Assembly (NCBI GenBank): GCA_904063045.1
Contig: CAJFCJ010000032.1
Span: 62,001-126,000 of the forward strand
Reading direction: 5' to 3'
Source of the DNA: Dimorphilus gyrociliatus
Taxonomy: Eukaryota > Animalia > Annelida
DNA length: 64,000 nucleotides
This document shows positions 37,401-49,873 of this stretch, in pieces (within the stretch, counting starts at the first letter, position 1; each line of letters opens with the position of its first letter). A program made the translations under genes and the position numbers. The notes below the pieces were generated by a model, which worked only from the letters and a program-made list of their open reading frames with translations, had not been told where the DNA came from and searched no databases.

Positions 37401-40400
37401 GGAGGGAGGGGGAGGAGAATTAAAGTCTTTTAAAAGAATCAAAGACATCGTTCTTCACAAAAAAAAACAGATAAGATTAAAACAACCTAAATAATTAAAC
37501 GAATGAGATGGACGAAAAATTTTCCGGTCAGTTTCGTTATTAAGTTCCGATTGCAGCGAGGTCTGATTATGCAGCTGTGCGACTGCAATAGACGTCGATG
37601 ATGCAGCGGTATCGTTTAGACGATTATTGCTGTTGGCAGAATGTTTTAGACGGAGAGCTTACATTGATATATGGTATTGTTTAATATTTTCATTGTAAAT
37701 ATATATTTTGATTAATACTTTTATTATTAGTAGTAGTAGTCTTATACAGAACATAAAAAGGAAACAGTATAACCGCTTTATAGTAGACTTTTCTTATTGC
37801 GGTGTCGTCCTGATTGGGTTTCCTACTTCTTTCCCGTCAAATAGACTCCCTTTTAAGCCTACACATCATCAATCAAAATAGTTGTAAAAGAGGAGAAAAA
37901 TTATAAGCAGAACTAAGTCGAACAAGCTAAAGATATTCTTATTATTGATGAATAAAACTAAAAAAAGTCCATTACTTATTTATTTATTTTCTTTTAATAA
38001 CAAAATATTTTCTCTTTAATCTTTGATTATACTTTAAGTAGAGATATTAGTAGACAATAGAGAAAGATATTTATGTTTGAATATATAAATATCTCCCTCA
38101 ACTCTCTCCTAACTTTTTTTCTGTACTATAGATTTTTTTCGTTAAGTATAATTTCAAGGGCAAATGTAAATTGCTCTTTATTTTTACTTTTATATTATAT
38201 ATATATATATGCTGCAAATTTATTGTAGAAAATTGACTTTTTTCTACATTCTATATTGAGTAAAGAACATTGACTGAAACGATGTCTTTTAATTCTCTTA
38301 TCATCTTTCGTTCCGCCTGCTTTTACTTCCTTCTTACTTATCGATTTTTCACAATTATAAGTTTATATTCGCTCTCACTCACTTTCTATCTATCTGTCTC
38401 TCCCCTCCCTTCTCTCTCTCTCTCTCTCTCTCTCAATCTTTCCCATTTACACATAGGAGAGGGAGAATCACCGTAAGAGAATAAAATAAACGATTTGTTA
38501 TAAACACTGGTAGCATTATTTCCTTTTTTTGTTAATGGAATAATTAGTGAGGGAAAGAAATGGTAATTAGAAATAAATTGCGCAAGGTATGAAAGTTGTC
38601 GTTCCATTTGTTAACAACCAATTACCAAACAGGAATTTCATTAAGTTTCTTTTTTTAACAAAAATTTTTTTATTGGGAAAAAAAAAGAGAAAGCGAAAGG
38701 AAGAAAAAAAGAACGAAAGAAAGAAATAAAGAAGGAATGAAAGAAAAAAGAAAGAAAGAAGGAGAGTGGGAGAGAGAGAGAGAGAGAGAGAAAAGGAAAG
38801 ACTAAGCGAGATGAGAATATAAAATGGATAGAAAATAATAATTGGATAATAATAAAGTTCTTTTTTTCTGGTTTTGAGTTATTTTAAGGAGTTGTGTATA
38901 AAAAAGGAATAGAAAACTCTCAATTTACATCGTATAAAAGATGACAACCCAAGGTGGATAATTCGTATGATAATTACTTTCCTCGACATATGTTCTTAAT
39001 TTACATATTCGACTGCAAAGTCGAATTAAATAAGTGCGTACTTAAAAGAAAAGAGAACGAGATTTTTCTCTTCCGTCCTTTAAGATCGTACAGTAGGTTG
39101 TCTAGTACAAACTAAGGTCTAGAAAATTATATTCTTGCTTCATAGTCTATCGCCTCTGGTAATTGTACAGCAGAGTCTTTTTGAAAAGGTCTTAGTTAGC
39201 TGTATTTTTCGTCTGTTCCTCATGTTAATAGCTGTATCGTAGCTATTGATGGTCTTTAAATATTTTATATAAAAGTACATACAGTCAACTAATATCTAAG
39301 AGAGATGAGAACGTTTTTATGAATTTAGATTTAGTTATATTGAGAAATCGTTAGAATATAAATATATTTATTTATAAACACTGGACTATATGATATATAT
39401 AGATAGATAATTAACATATATATATAAACCATAAATACTATATAAATAGATATTACATATATAGTATATATGCATATCGTACATATGTCACTATATTACT
39501 TTAATCCGGCTGTTCCGGCCGAACAAACGGTAAAGCATTCTCTCTATTTATATAAAATATACCTAAAAATTTTCATACCTATTGGTCATATTTACTATCC
39601 GCCATTTTTAATATTTACCGAAATTACGGTGCTAATTGACTCTATAATCATTTATTTAACTATCTGGCAAAGTTAAAAATATTCAAATTCTCGACGCACA
39701 CACGCTCCATTGATTATCAGAGATTAATAAGATTCCAATCGGGCGTGAAGCAAGCGACTTTGTCGATTTTGAGCCTAACACGTCTCTCACTATAAGCGAT
39801 GTAAGAGAGACAATATAGATTTTTTTCCCTCCGACCAGAACTACGGGGACAAAGAGCTTTGTTTGTTTAATTAAGGATAACACTTAAGTTGTTTGCATCT
39901 TCAGGCAAAAAGGAATCCTAAAAAGCAACAAAATAAAGTATTCAGCCACTAAATATTTCTTTGTTAAAATAGTAAAGAAAGCCATCTCTGCAACGTAGAG
40001 AATAAAACGACGTTTTCATCTTAATTTTCCAGTATTACGACTAAAGTAATAAAAAGGAGCAAACTATAATTATTTCATATCGTACGCTTGTGGTTATTAT
40101 CTTTATGTCATTTTTTTTCTCCCTTAATCTAACTCATAAATATTCAAAATGAATTTTCTCATTTTTTTTTGTTATGCAATAGCTTATTCCCCGATTAAAG
40201 ACGCATTTCTCTTTCGTTCGCTTCTTTCTTTTCCCTTTAAACAAGGCCGTCTCTTTCTTTGCCACTCTTTTATTTTTTTATTTGCTATTTTATCATGTTT
40301 ATCTTATCTCATTTTCATACCTATTTGGTAGTAAAAGAAAGGAGAAATCTAATAACGTTTGATGTAAACAAGATTTATTACTATTAAAGTATGTTTTAGT

Positions 40401-41012
40401 AACGCAGTTTTTTTACATAATTGCTCATTTTAAGAATTATTTAAAAATATCTTTGATATTCCGTAGGAAGTGTTAGAGTTAAAGAAACAAAAAACGCTTC
40501 CTTTACTCTCCAGTCATCTCACTCTCTCACTCAGTCTCTCACTCATTCTCTCTCTCTCTCTCTCTTTCTGCTTTTCCTTGCTAACCTCTCTTTATAACTA
40601 TTATCAACAGACAGAATCCTAACAGCTACTATCTAGTTTATGTAATTAGACCTATAATGCCTTTGATCGGTTTTTTCGGATAGTGAAAAGCCTAGAGAAA
40701 TTAATTTCAATTAGAGCCTTTGACATGACGCGGAATGAACTTCACGAAAAGCGTTAAAGCTTAGGGATTTCTAGTCACAAGTCGAGTCACCGAACATTCT
40801 TAAAAAGGTCGCATGGCTGTCTATCGATATATTTACAGCGAACATCCGGAAATAGGGAGATGAAAAGTGACTTTGATGAATATCAAGCATTAGAAAAGAA
40901 AAGCTTACTTGCGATTTTTCGTATTTTTAGGTGTAGAAGTTTTCGTATGAGATGGACTTGGTGTCTTTCTATCTTCTTCATCTCCTCTAAAGAAATTTGT
41001 AAAATATTCCAT
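34480..41012 (-). CDS. Tentative 5' coding exons of the synaptotagmin gene
   Basis: A phase-compatible chain 41012-40909 (MEYFTNFFRGDEEDRK..., donor AA|gtaagc), 37629-37501 and 34537-34480 (donor |gtaagc) joins to 31111 to give 390 aa. The middle donor (TC|gtttaa) is weak, and there is no homology support. Confidence 0.4.
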
Positions 41013-41099
41013 AACTGCAGGCTTACAGAGATTCTTTATTCCAATGATATATTTTATTTACATCGTCGGCCAAGGTTTACTCTTTATTTTTCTTTTCAA

Positions 41100-41310
41100 A
41101 ACTTTACCCCTTTCACCGCCGTCTCCAGTTTATATAAAGTGGCTTATGCTTTCGATACGCCACCTAGCGCGAATTTCTCTTTCGCTTTCCTCTTCTGATT
41201 GGCGTTCGTGCAAAGATTTAATCCATCGATCTGTGCAAAGCCCCCTGCAGTTTTTTCGACTGCACGGAAGCGGGCTAAATAAGAGAAAAAACCAAGACTA
41301 GATGGCGCCT
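41100..41310 (-). promoter_or_regulatory. Candidate synaptotagmin promoter (CTCF-like sites, CCAAT, TATA)
   Basis: CCAAT (minus strand) at 41198-41202, CGCTAGGTGGCG at 41158-41169, TATATAAA at 41129-41138 and AGATGGCG at 41300-41307, upstream of the ATG at 41012. Confidence 0.45.
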
Positions 41311-41670
41311 ACTTCTTTATATTTGTTGATTGACGGGAATATAGGTCGATTTTTATGGATTGAAAAAATTTTTAGAGGCGTTTTTCATTGACTTGACATT
41401 CGATTTGTTTTGTGTTCGGCCGTAAATTAGGATTCCATTGATTTTTTTTTGTATATTTCCTCCGTTAAAGAATACTCTTCTCTCATATACACTCTCTCGT
41501 TCTCCCTCTTTAACTATATGCTACTTAGTTTCTTTTCACTTTATTTCAGAAGGCCTATTCAACGGTACTTTTAACTGGAAACTGTCCAACGTCTAAATGG
41601 GTAAAAAAGTTTTCTCAAGGATTATTTTGCCAAATGGAAAGCAAAAACAGATAAATAGCTGGATAGATAA

Positions 41671-41703
<33 letters not shown>

Positions 41704-42649
41704 GAAGAAAAAAGTTAAAAAGAAAGTTTCTTTTTCTATCCATTATTTGTTTTTATTTCCTAATTGTCCGTGACAATAACTCGCTTCTGAGTACGTGCGC
41801 CAATCAACCAATGAGCTCCTTTGTCCAGGTAAACTCATAGCTTTCATATACTCTATTTTTTCCGAATTAGTTCTATTCATTATTCTAATAGATAGTTTCA
41901 GCCCCACGTAGACGGTATTTTAGACTAATTGACTCTTCTCTCTATTTTTATGATAAATAAAGGAGGAGAGTAAAATGCATTCTATCATAAAATGGAAGTA
42001 AAAAAAATTGATGGTAATTGGGATGGTGGTGAAAAATGAAAAGAAACTCTTCTAAATGATAAAGTACGTAGAATTTTATTGCCTCTACTTAAGCAATATA
42101 ATATTCTCGTGCAGTTTATAATATAGAAATTATATTCTATATTGTTTAAACCTTACTGTCGTTGCTCCTGCGATAAACTTTCAATTAAAGTTCTATTTTT
42201 ATATCCTAGTTTGTAGTCCTAAGCAGTCAAGACGGAAGTTTTGTATAGAATCATGCAAACACGCATCTGTAAGTACCTTATAGACTTGGTAAATACACCT
42301 ACTTTACATACCTGGACGTCTCCAAGACTGCAAATGATATTATTTTGTCCTTAATTGACATTAAGACGTATATGGGATTTTCCATCAAATGAAATGAATA
42401 AATTGAATTATTGATATAAATGTGAAACTAAACAGAATGATATTAAAAGAAAAAAAGATAGTCTCCTCACTAAAATTAAATCTTTATTTTTATTTAAGCG
42501 AAATCTTTAAAACACTATTAATTGTGACTGTATATTGTTTCATTTTGTCAAATTTTTGTCCGGGTTTTGGGACAGATATTCATATTTAAATGAGCAAAGA
42601 ATTTTTCACTCTATCTAACTTCAAATGAATTTTTATTAAAGAAAAATCA

Positions 42650-45543
42650 CTAAGGATAATCTTCGCATAATGTTTCATAAATAATAGGTAGATATTTGTC
42701 TAATTTAGCTGTTTCCAACGCATCTATCAAGACTTCAGTAGATGCACTTCTACCGGCATTTATTCTCCATTCTGCCAAAGCAGATTCGGCCTGCTTAACT
42801 TCGTTATCCGGGTATTTTCTTTCTATGGCCTTAATCCGGTTATTTACTTTGTTCGTACCCCCTTTTTCGATGGGAAGGGCTCTTGCCAAATGACGCCACT
42901 GGTCACCTAAATTACGACTTAGACGTTGAATACATGCTTGCAACGATTCACAATTTGACCTCATTGTAGGAAATTTCATTGATTCAGTTAATAAAATTGG
43001 AAGCTCATCTTCGCTTTCTTCCATACTTGTTTTTGAGGAATTTCTTCGTGGTGGAACGGGAGGAGCGATATTTACAGGACCCGTCGATAGTAAATCTTCA
43101 TCAATTGAGGCATATATGGGATCGTCGTTTGTGTCGTCATTAATATTTTTTATTTCATGCTGGACTATTTCTTTGAGAGTATTTTCCCCTACATTTTCCA
43201 AAAGCATCTCATTAATCGGCTCTGAGTAGGTTTCTTCTTTTTCTTCGCCTTGTCCTTGTTCCTTTAATTTCAAATTCCTTACTTCATCTCTGATTAATTG
43301 TCTAACAGTACGATATTTTGCCGATTTTGAGAATTCCGGGCTCGTACTGATTTGTCTATGAAAATGAAGAGAATAGATGGTATACAATACAGCATATACT
43401 CAGCATATTAAATAGTGAAACTGGCCATTCCGTGACAATGCCCAGGTAACAAACTGTTGAATATTTAAAAGGTGAAATTGCCCTTCTACAACATGGAAAA
43501 CCTGAGATTTTAGGTGAAAATGAATAATATCGATAGTGTATTAAAAGGTAAGAAATCTAAAATGTCTACGTTATTCTTTACTACATGTTTAGCTATTGTT
43601 GCAATAAATAGTAATACATTTATCATGTACACATGCACTGGGAATCTTTGTAACTACCTGTGCAAAGGCACTTTGAAACACCTTGCCCACTTACCAAGCC
43701 ACTTAAGTTTGATATTTTCAGTAGTGAAAATATCTCTTCTTTCGCATCTGACAATCGTAAAAACTTTGTTTCCAAGGGAATTACTTCGTTGTCAGTGTAA
43801 GTTCTCTTATTCCCCACTTTAGTTTTATCCTCTATTTTTTTTGGTTATAATGCCTACAATATTAGTATTGTCAGCTGAAGCTCTATCTAAAGATGGAACA
43901 GTTATTAAGACAGTAGTCTGCCTAACGTTTAAAATTTTCCAATCAATTTATATTTTACCTACCATTTTTACCTTTCTAAAATACAAATTCTTTTATTATT
44001 AGGTAATTCCACCTTATAATTAGTGAACAGCATCTTACTTAGACATTGCTGAAGAGTGTCCAGTTCGCCTAATTGACAGTATTATATATATATACAGTAT
44101 ACATATATATATATATATATATACTGTATATGTATTTATATATATATAAAGCATACTATATATATATATATATAATACATTACAGAAAGGAGAGATTTGA
44201 TTATAATGAAAAGGAAATGTAATATAATATAAAACAAATAGCTATTTCAATAACACAATATAAATTTCTATTAGAGATTATACCTATCTTTTTTACTGAA
44301 CGCTCGATAACTCGGCTCGGATGCTCTTCGACTCTTTTCTAATGTCCTTTCGTTCAATTCAGCTTCAATGAGAACGTCTGGTACATTCTGTCGGTCTGTT
44401 AAAAAATTCGCTATTGTTCCAAAACCATTGACTAATGCGCGAAATGCCGCTGTTGCCCCATCTTCATCTCTAGCGTCACATATCGCTCCTTTTTCACTAA
44501 CAAGTGTTTTGACTAGTTGAAAATGTCCTCCGCAACTAGCAAAATGAAGAGGTCGCCATCCACATTTATCCCTATCCTCTATGTCTACTTGAAAGACTTC
44601 AACAAGAAGAACTACAGTGCTAATATGACCACCGAATGAAGCAAGATGAAGTAAACCAATATCAGAATTTTTCAATCTGATATTCAGCAGAGCTTCATCG
44701 TTAGTAAGAAGTGTTGTAAGTAGATCATCGTAGCCTCAAGAGAGAAATAGAAATAAAAATACAGGTTATTTGTATTTGATTGATTTGTCTAATTAATAAT
44801 GGAACATGTAGTTATTTGTTATAACAACGCTACTGACAGTACAACGGGAGATGGAGAAGGATAGAGATATGCAAGGGAAGAGGGGGAGGGTGTAGGTGAT
44901 GAAATGAAAAATTTAAATTCAATAAACAAACTACAATAACAACAATAAAACTGAACCTTGACATAGTATTTTAAAACAGAACTTTTTATGAATGAAATCT
45001 CTTATTATACTTGATATTGCTTATTTATATTGCATATACCTAAAAAAATCTATATGGAGTATACACACATTTGTTTATTAATGAATGGGGGAAAATATAG
45101 ATTGCATCTATTTCTAAGGTAATATACTATTACTTAATATATTGAACAAAAAGGATTCAATTACTCTTTATCTACTACGCAGTGAAAGATTGGTTTTTGT
45201 CTAAATCACTATATGATCAGTATTACATTTAAAGTGAAAAAAATCGATTTTTCTCTCTCACTTTTCATTCTCCTACAGATTAATTTTTACCTTTATAAGC
45301 AGCTAAATGAGTAGAAGTTAACGATTCAATGTTACATGTTTGCAGCTTTAGTACAATTTCACTTCCTTTCAGCAAAGAGTCTTTTAGAGTAAGCAGACGT
45401 ACTTCTTCACTAAGTATAGATCTTGTATAATCAGTTGTCCAGTAGTTAAGGTATTTCTCTAATTGATTTCTATCGTTAGTTAAAACAATTAAAAATATCT
45501 GATAAACATCTTTAGAAAATTTTTCCTCTTTAGCCGTTGCCAT
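42650..45543 (-). CDS. Ankyrin-repeat and death-domain protein, 469 aa
   Basis: Exons 45543-45291, 44734-44284 and 43355-42650 total 1410 nt in frame, GT-AG. ANK motifs are THLAAYKG|YDDLL, LLHLASFGGH, GWRPLHFASCGGH and GATAAFRALVNG. The C-terminal death domain is LSRNLGDQWRHLARAL...QAESALAEWR...ASTEVLIDALETAKL. Confidence 0.88.
43560..43945 (-). mobile_element. Degenerate C-terminal fragment of a Ginger/KRBA2-SCAND3-like DDE integrase (transposon remnant)
   Basis: The open frame TTVLITVPSLDRASADNTNIVGII...SGQGVSKCLCTGSYKDSQCMC* resembles, from memory, the V-P-x-x-D-R-x-x-x-D-x-x-N-I-x-G-V-I and G-Q-G-F-x-K-C-x-C-x-G...C-x-C motifs of these integrases. There is an upstream in-frame stop, no catalytic core and no TIRs seen. 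Confidence 0.55.
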
Positions 45544-46108
45544 TTTTATAGGGGTTCATTAAATTTCCAACAAGAAAAGAGATTTTAACAACCGACCATT
45601 TTTTCTTTCACAACTAACGCCGCCTGTAGGACTCATATGAACATGACCAGTCATAAAATACCTTCGTATTGAATAGGTTAACATTTCACCAAAACATTCT
45701 ATAACTAAGGGCATCAGTGGCGACATCTAGTGTCTTCATAAAAATGTATATTGATAATTCTTTTATTACACTACTTATCAATTGAACGTAAATAAAAATG
45801 AAAAGAGTATAATAGCAAATTTTTCGATGTTGTCATATTTTTAAATATAAAGGTATTCAGATAAGTACATACTATTAGCCAATTAAAGAAGAGTACACTT
45901 TTCATTCGACCGCAAGTGTGAGAGAAAGACAAGAGAAGAGTAGAGAAGGAAAGAACAGAAATAAATTCATATAGGATAAAGGAGGAACAGTGTAAAAAAA
46001 CAGGTGTAACAAAAGAACACAATCATTTAGACTTTTATTTAAAAACTTGAACTGTACAATACTGCTGCAGATATATATCAGCCAAAACAGAAATAGAGAA
46101 GAGAGAGG

Positions 46109-46140
<32 letters not shown>

Positions 46141-47113
46141 TTATACGAGAAATTGCATATAATACTTCGTTTTACTTTCTCATTAAATCTACAACCATAA
46201 CAATGTAAAAAGTTGAATGAAGAAGAAAGCAAAAATGAGTTTATATTAGTTGACATGTGAAGTAATTACTGTAAAAAGTATTTATATTATTTTCTATGCT
46301 GTATAAACTTTGTTTATTTGTTTACATTCGATAGTCAAAATGATATGTGTAATTTTGCTTTTTGTATTTTTATTTAAGGCATAGAATCTTCTTTGAAGAG
46401 TAGTTTGTATGGAAATTTTCATCATATTCTTTTATAGAATTAAGTCTTTTTTCTTCCTAGAACAAATGATGAGAATATTTAAATACTGTTTGTCATACGT
46501 ATTATATATAAATGTTAATATATATATTTATATATATATATATATATATAAATACGTATATACTATGTATATATGATTATATTAATATAGATCATGTTTG
46601 CAGCAGTTTCCACCTTCATCTCCTCCTCGCCCTAGTATTCGATGTGAAAAAATATGCTATTTCAATAACTTATTTTATTAATAGATTACTATTAGTTTCT
46701 TTTTGCTAAACAGAGTTATTTTCTTAAAGATGACTTTTTTTCAATTTCATATCTCACTGTATTTTTTGATTTATCTGTTTTTATCTTGATTACTTATTTT
46801 CGTTTTTTTCCTGAATGGAATAAATTTTTTATCCCCATCAGCAGACAGTTTGTAGACGAGGGAAATGTCAAGAATTCGTGAAAGGTTAATAGATATTTGG
46901 GCAGCGACAAAAGATCCAATCTTTAAGACGTTCAATTTCTTTCTTTTTCTCCCTCCAATTTTATTCTCTTTACTTGTTTCTGTTGTTTTTGCATTTGTTG
47001 TTGTTGTTGCTATTATTTTAAGCCTTTATAGATTTTTTTTAAGACATTGTTTTTCTTTCATAAAAGCATACAAAGATGTCTGAAAAGGCTGATCGATTCG
47101 ACAAGTATCGTGA

Positions 47114-47820
47114 TTAAACGTTGTCCTCTGTATCGAATTTCCCCGAATTTGACCTAGATATGGACCGACTACTAGCCCCGCTAAGACCACTAAAGCTTCC
47201 ATTCAGTCCAGTATTTACAGGCATAAGATACATCTTGTTGTTAGGATTTCCTTTTTTTAATTTATATTTCCAAACTGACCAGGATTTTTTGCAATTGTCA
47301 TTCAAATGAACTAGATTCTCCGCCTCGGGATTTCTAATAAGGTGATTGGGAGCACCATGCCTACTAATAGCGCAAGTAGAGTAAGTAACAGACCTACGAT
47401 CACCAATCATTGCCGAATCCGTAGGCCGACTATAGCAACACCGGCACAAAGTCTCTTTGAACGCTTCCCTATATTTCTTCGACATGAGATTATAAAGAAT
47501 AGGGTTGACTGTAGATGAGACGTAATACAGAATACCAGAAGTATAGAAAAGGATGTCGTTGAATATGCTATATTTTTCAGAAATGTTTTCATTACTGACA
47601 TAAATAGCCAGCAATCTTTGAGTATGAAAGGGAGCCCAGCAAATAAAGAAGGCGACAACTACTGCAACTGTAAGGATGAAAGAAAGAGGATAAGAATTCA
47701 ATTAAAAAATGCAGTATAATAATAATAGTGAAAGTAAAGAGAATAAAGTGAGAAGCTATAGCTATATGTTTTTCCCTTGACAAACAGCTTAACAGTAGTT
47801 ATATATACGTGAATATACTG

Positions 47821-47855
<35 letters not shown>

Positions 47856-49838
47856 GTATGTCTGCATCAGTGCATTTCAATATCATACGTTAAACGAATA
47901 GCAGATTATTTGTGTTTATTTCATCCTTCCGGTTGGATGCATATCATTGAATCTCCTATGCTCTTCTTTATTAGAAGATGAGATCAACCCATTAATACAA
48001 CTTAGTCGGTATTAAAGCTAAGTTTGCAAATAGATAGATATATAGAATAATTTAATATACAATTGTATATCAATATATATATCTATATATATGATATAAG
48101 AAAGCGTATATTGTGGATAAATACTATGCAATTTAACATTAATGAACTTGTAGTAATATCATTTGTTGATAATCTGAATATACTATACATATATATTGGT
48201 ATATATTGAATTTTATAAATATATCTTCTCCTTTTTCTTCCAGGGTAAAACCTAGATTTTTTTCTCTTCTCCCTTTTTCTCTCTAGCTTTTCTTTCCATC
48301 CCTTAAATATTTTGCTAATATACTCAAGCATCATCAAAAATTTCTAATAGGCCTTAAGATGGCGCATAGTATGTTCATTAGATAGAACTTGGAAATAGAC
48401 TGTGGTCACGTTCGGGGATTTTTTTAAGATGTTAACCATAATTTTCCTAATGGTATAGGAATAAATTCAACTGCTGACGTCAAGGAAAAGATTTGTCTTA
48501 GAAAAACTTGCCTTTATTTATTGAGTAAATAGAAAACGAATGCCGTTACACGATTATAATTGTTAGATTAGGTCGTATTTGAAAAAGCAGAAGGTTGGAA
48601 AGTTTGCGTAAACGAGCTATCGATTCTCCAGAATATAATGGGGACAGTGATAAATGACAGCAGCTGTACAGATATAATACTAACAAAGTGTATATTATAG
48701 AGATATTAGAGTGCAGGGTTGCGGCAAGGGATGCTCATAAATAGAATGCATTAAATGCAACGAATATCATTCGTAAAAAAAGAAGTTGATAGAATGTTTC
48801 ATACTTTTACTTAAGTTAATAGTTTTTGCAGTTGTCGGAGGGGATATCAGCAGTAAAGATGAAGAAATTTATGACTAAAACTATACTCTTTATATATATA
48901 CAGTATATACATATAAAGATATATATTGCGCTTATAATATATATATATATTATACTGTATCTTGTATATGATGATATATGTATATACTTGCTGTAATATA
49001 TACTATACGGTATATCGTATATAATGGGAATAATGGTAATAATAATAGATAAAATTATTATTATTAACTTTACCTTAGTACTATTATACACTATAGATAT
49101 TATATACATCTCTTCTCTTGTAGAAACTCTACTTTTACGCATAAAACATACCCTGTAGTTTTTTTTTGCAAACCTTGCAATGTACTCAATAAATGTGTTG
49201 TCTTATGAACTTTCCGCTTCTAAACTGTAAAATTTATAGTATACTTTATGTACAAATGTATACGCATACACCATATTGTATTTATACAAATCTCTTTTCC
49301 TTCCATTACCATATTTTACTTTACAACCTCACTTAATATCAATAAATTCTCTATATTTTTCTATGGTAATTTACAATATGCGACATGTCTGCTTCTAAAT
49401 ACTTTACTTGATATAGTATACAATATACTATATTTGGAGTTTACAGTAGTAGACTTTTTACGACTTACCTACTCGAAGATTACTTGCCTATGTATCTTTT
49501 CGGTGAATGTGGTATTTACACTCAGAATTTAGTTACTTGCTATAATTCTTTTTTATTACCACTAATCAGTCGTTTATTGTAAATTTTTCCGGTTTTTTCT
49601 TCCACCCCCTTCACCCATTTCACCCTAAAAACTATGCAGCATCGAATTAGACGCTGTTAAGAAATAGGAAAAGACTTGAAGAATTTATCAGATCAACCTT
49701 TAACACCGTCTGGATCAAAATTAATGCTGTACAACGTATTCGTATTTAGCGTGCTTTTTTATTGAAACGTTTTCTTTGGAAAATCTCTTCCTATCTTTCT
49801 TTCTCTCTGTCTTTCTAGCTCTCTATCTATCTATCTAT

Positions 49839-49873
<35 letters not shown>

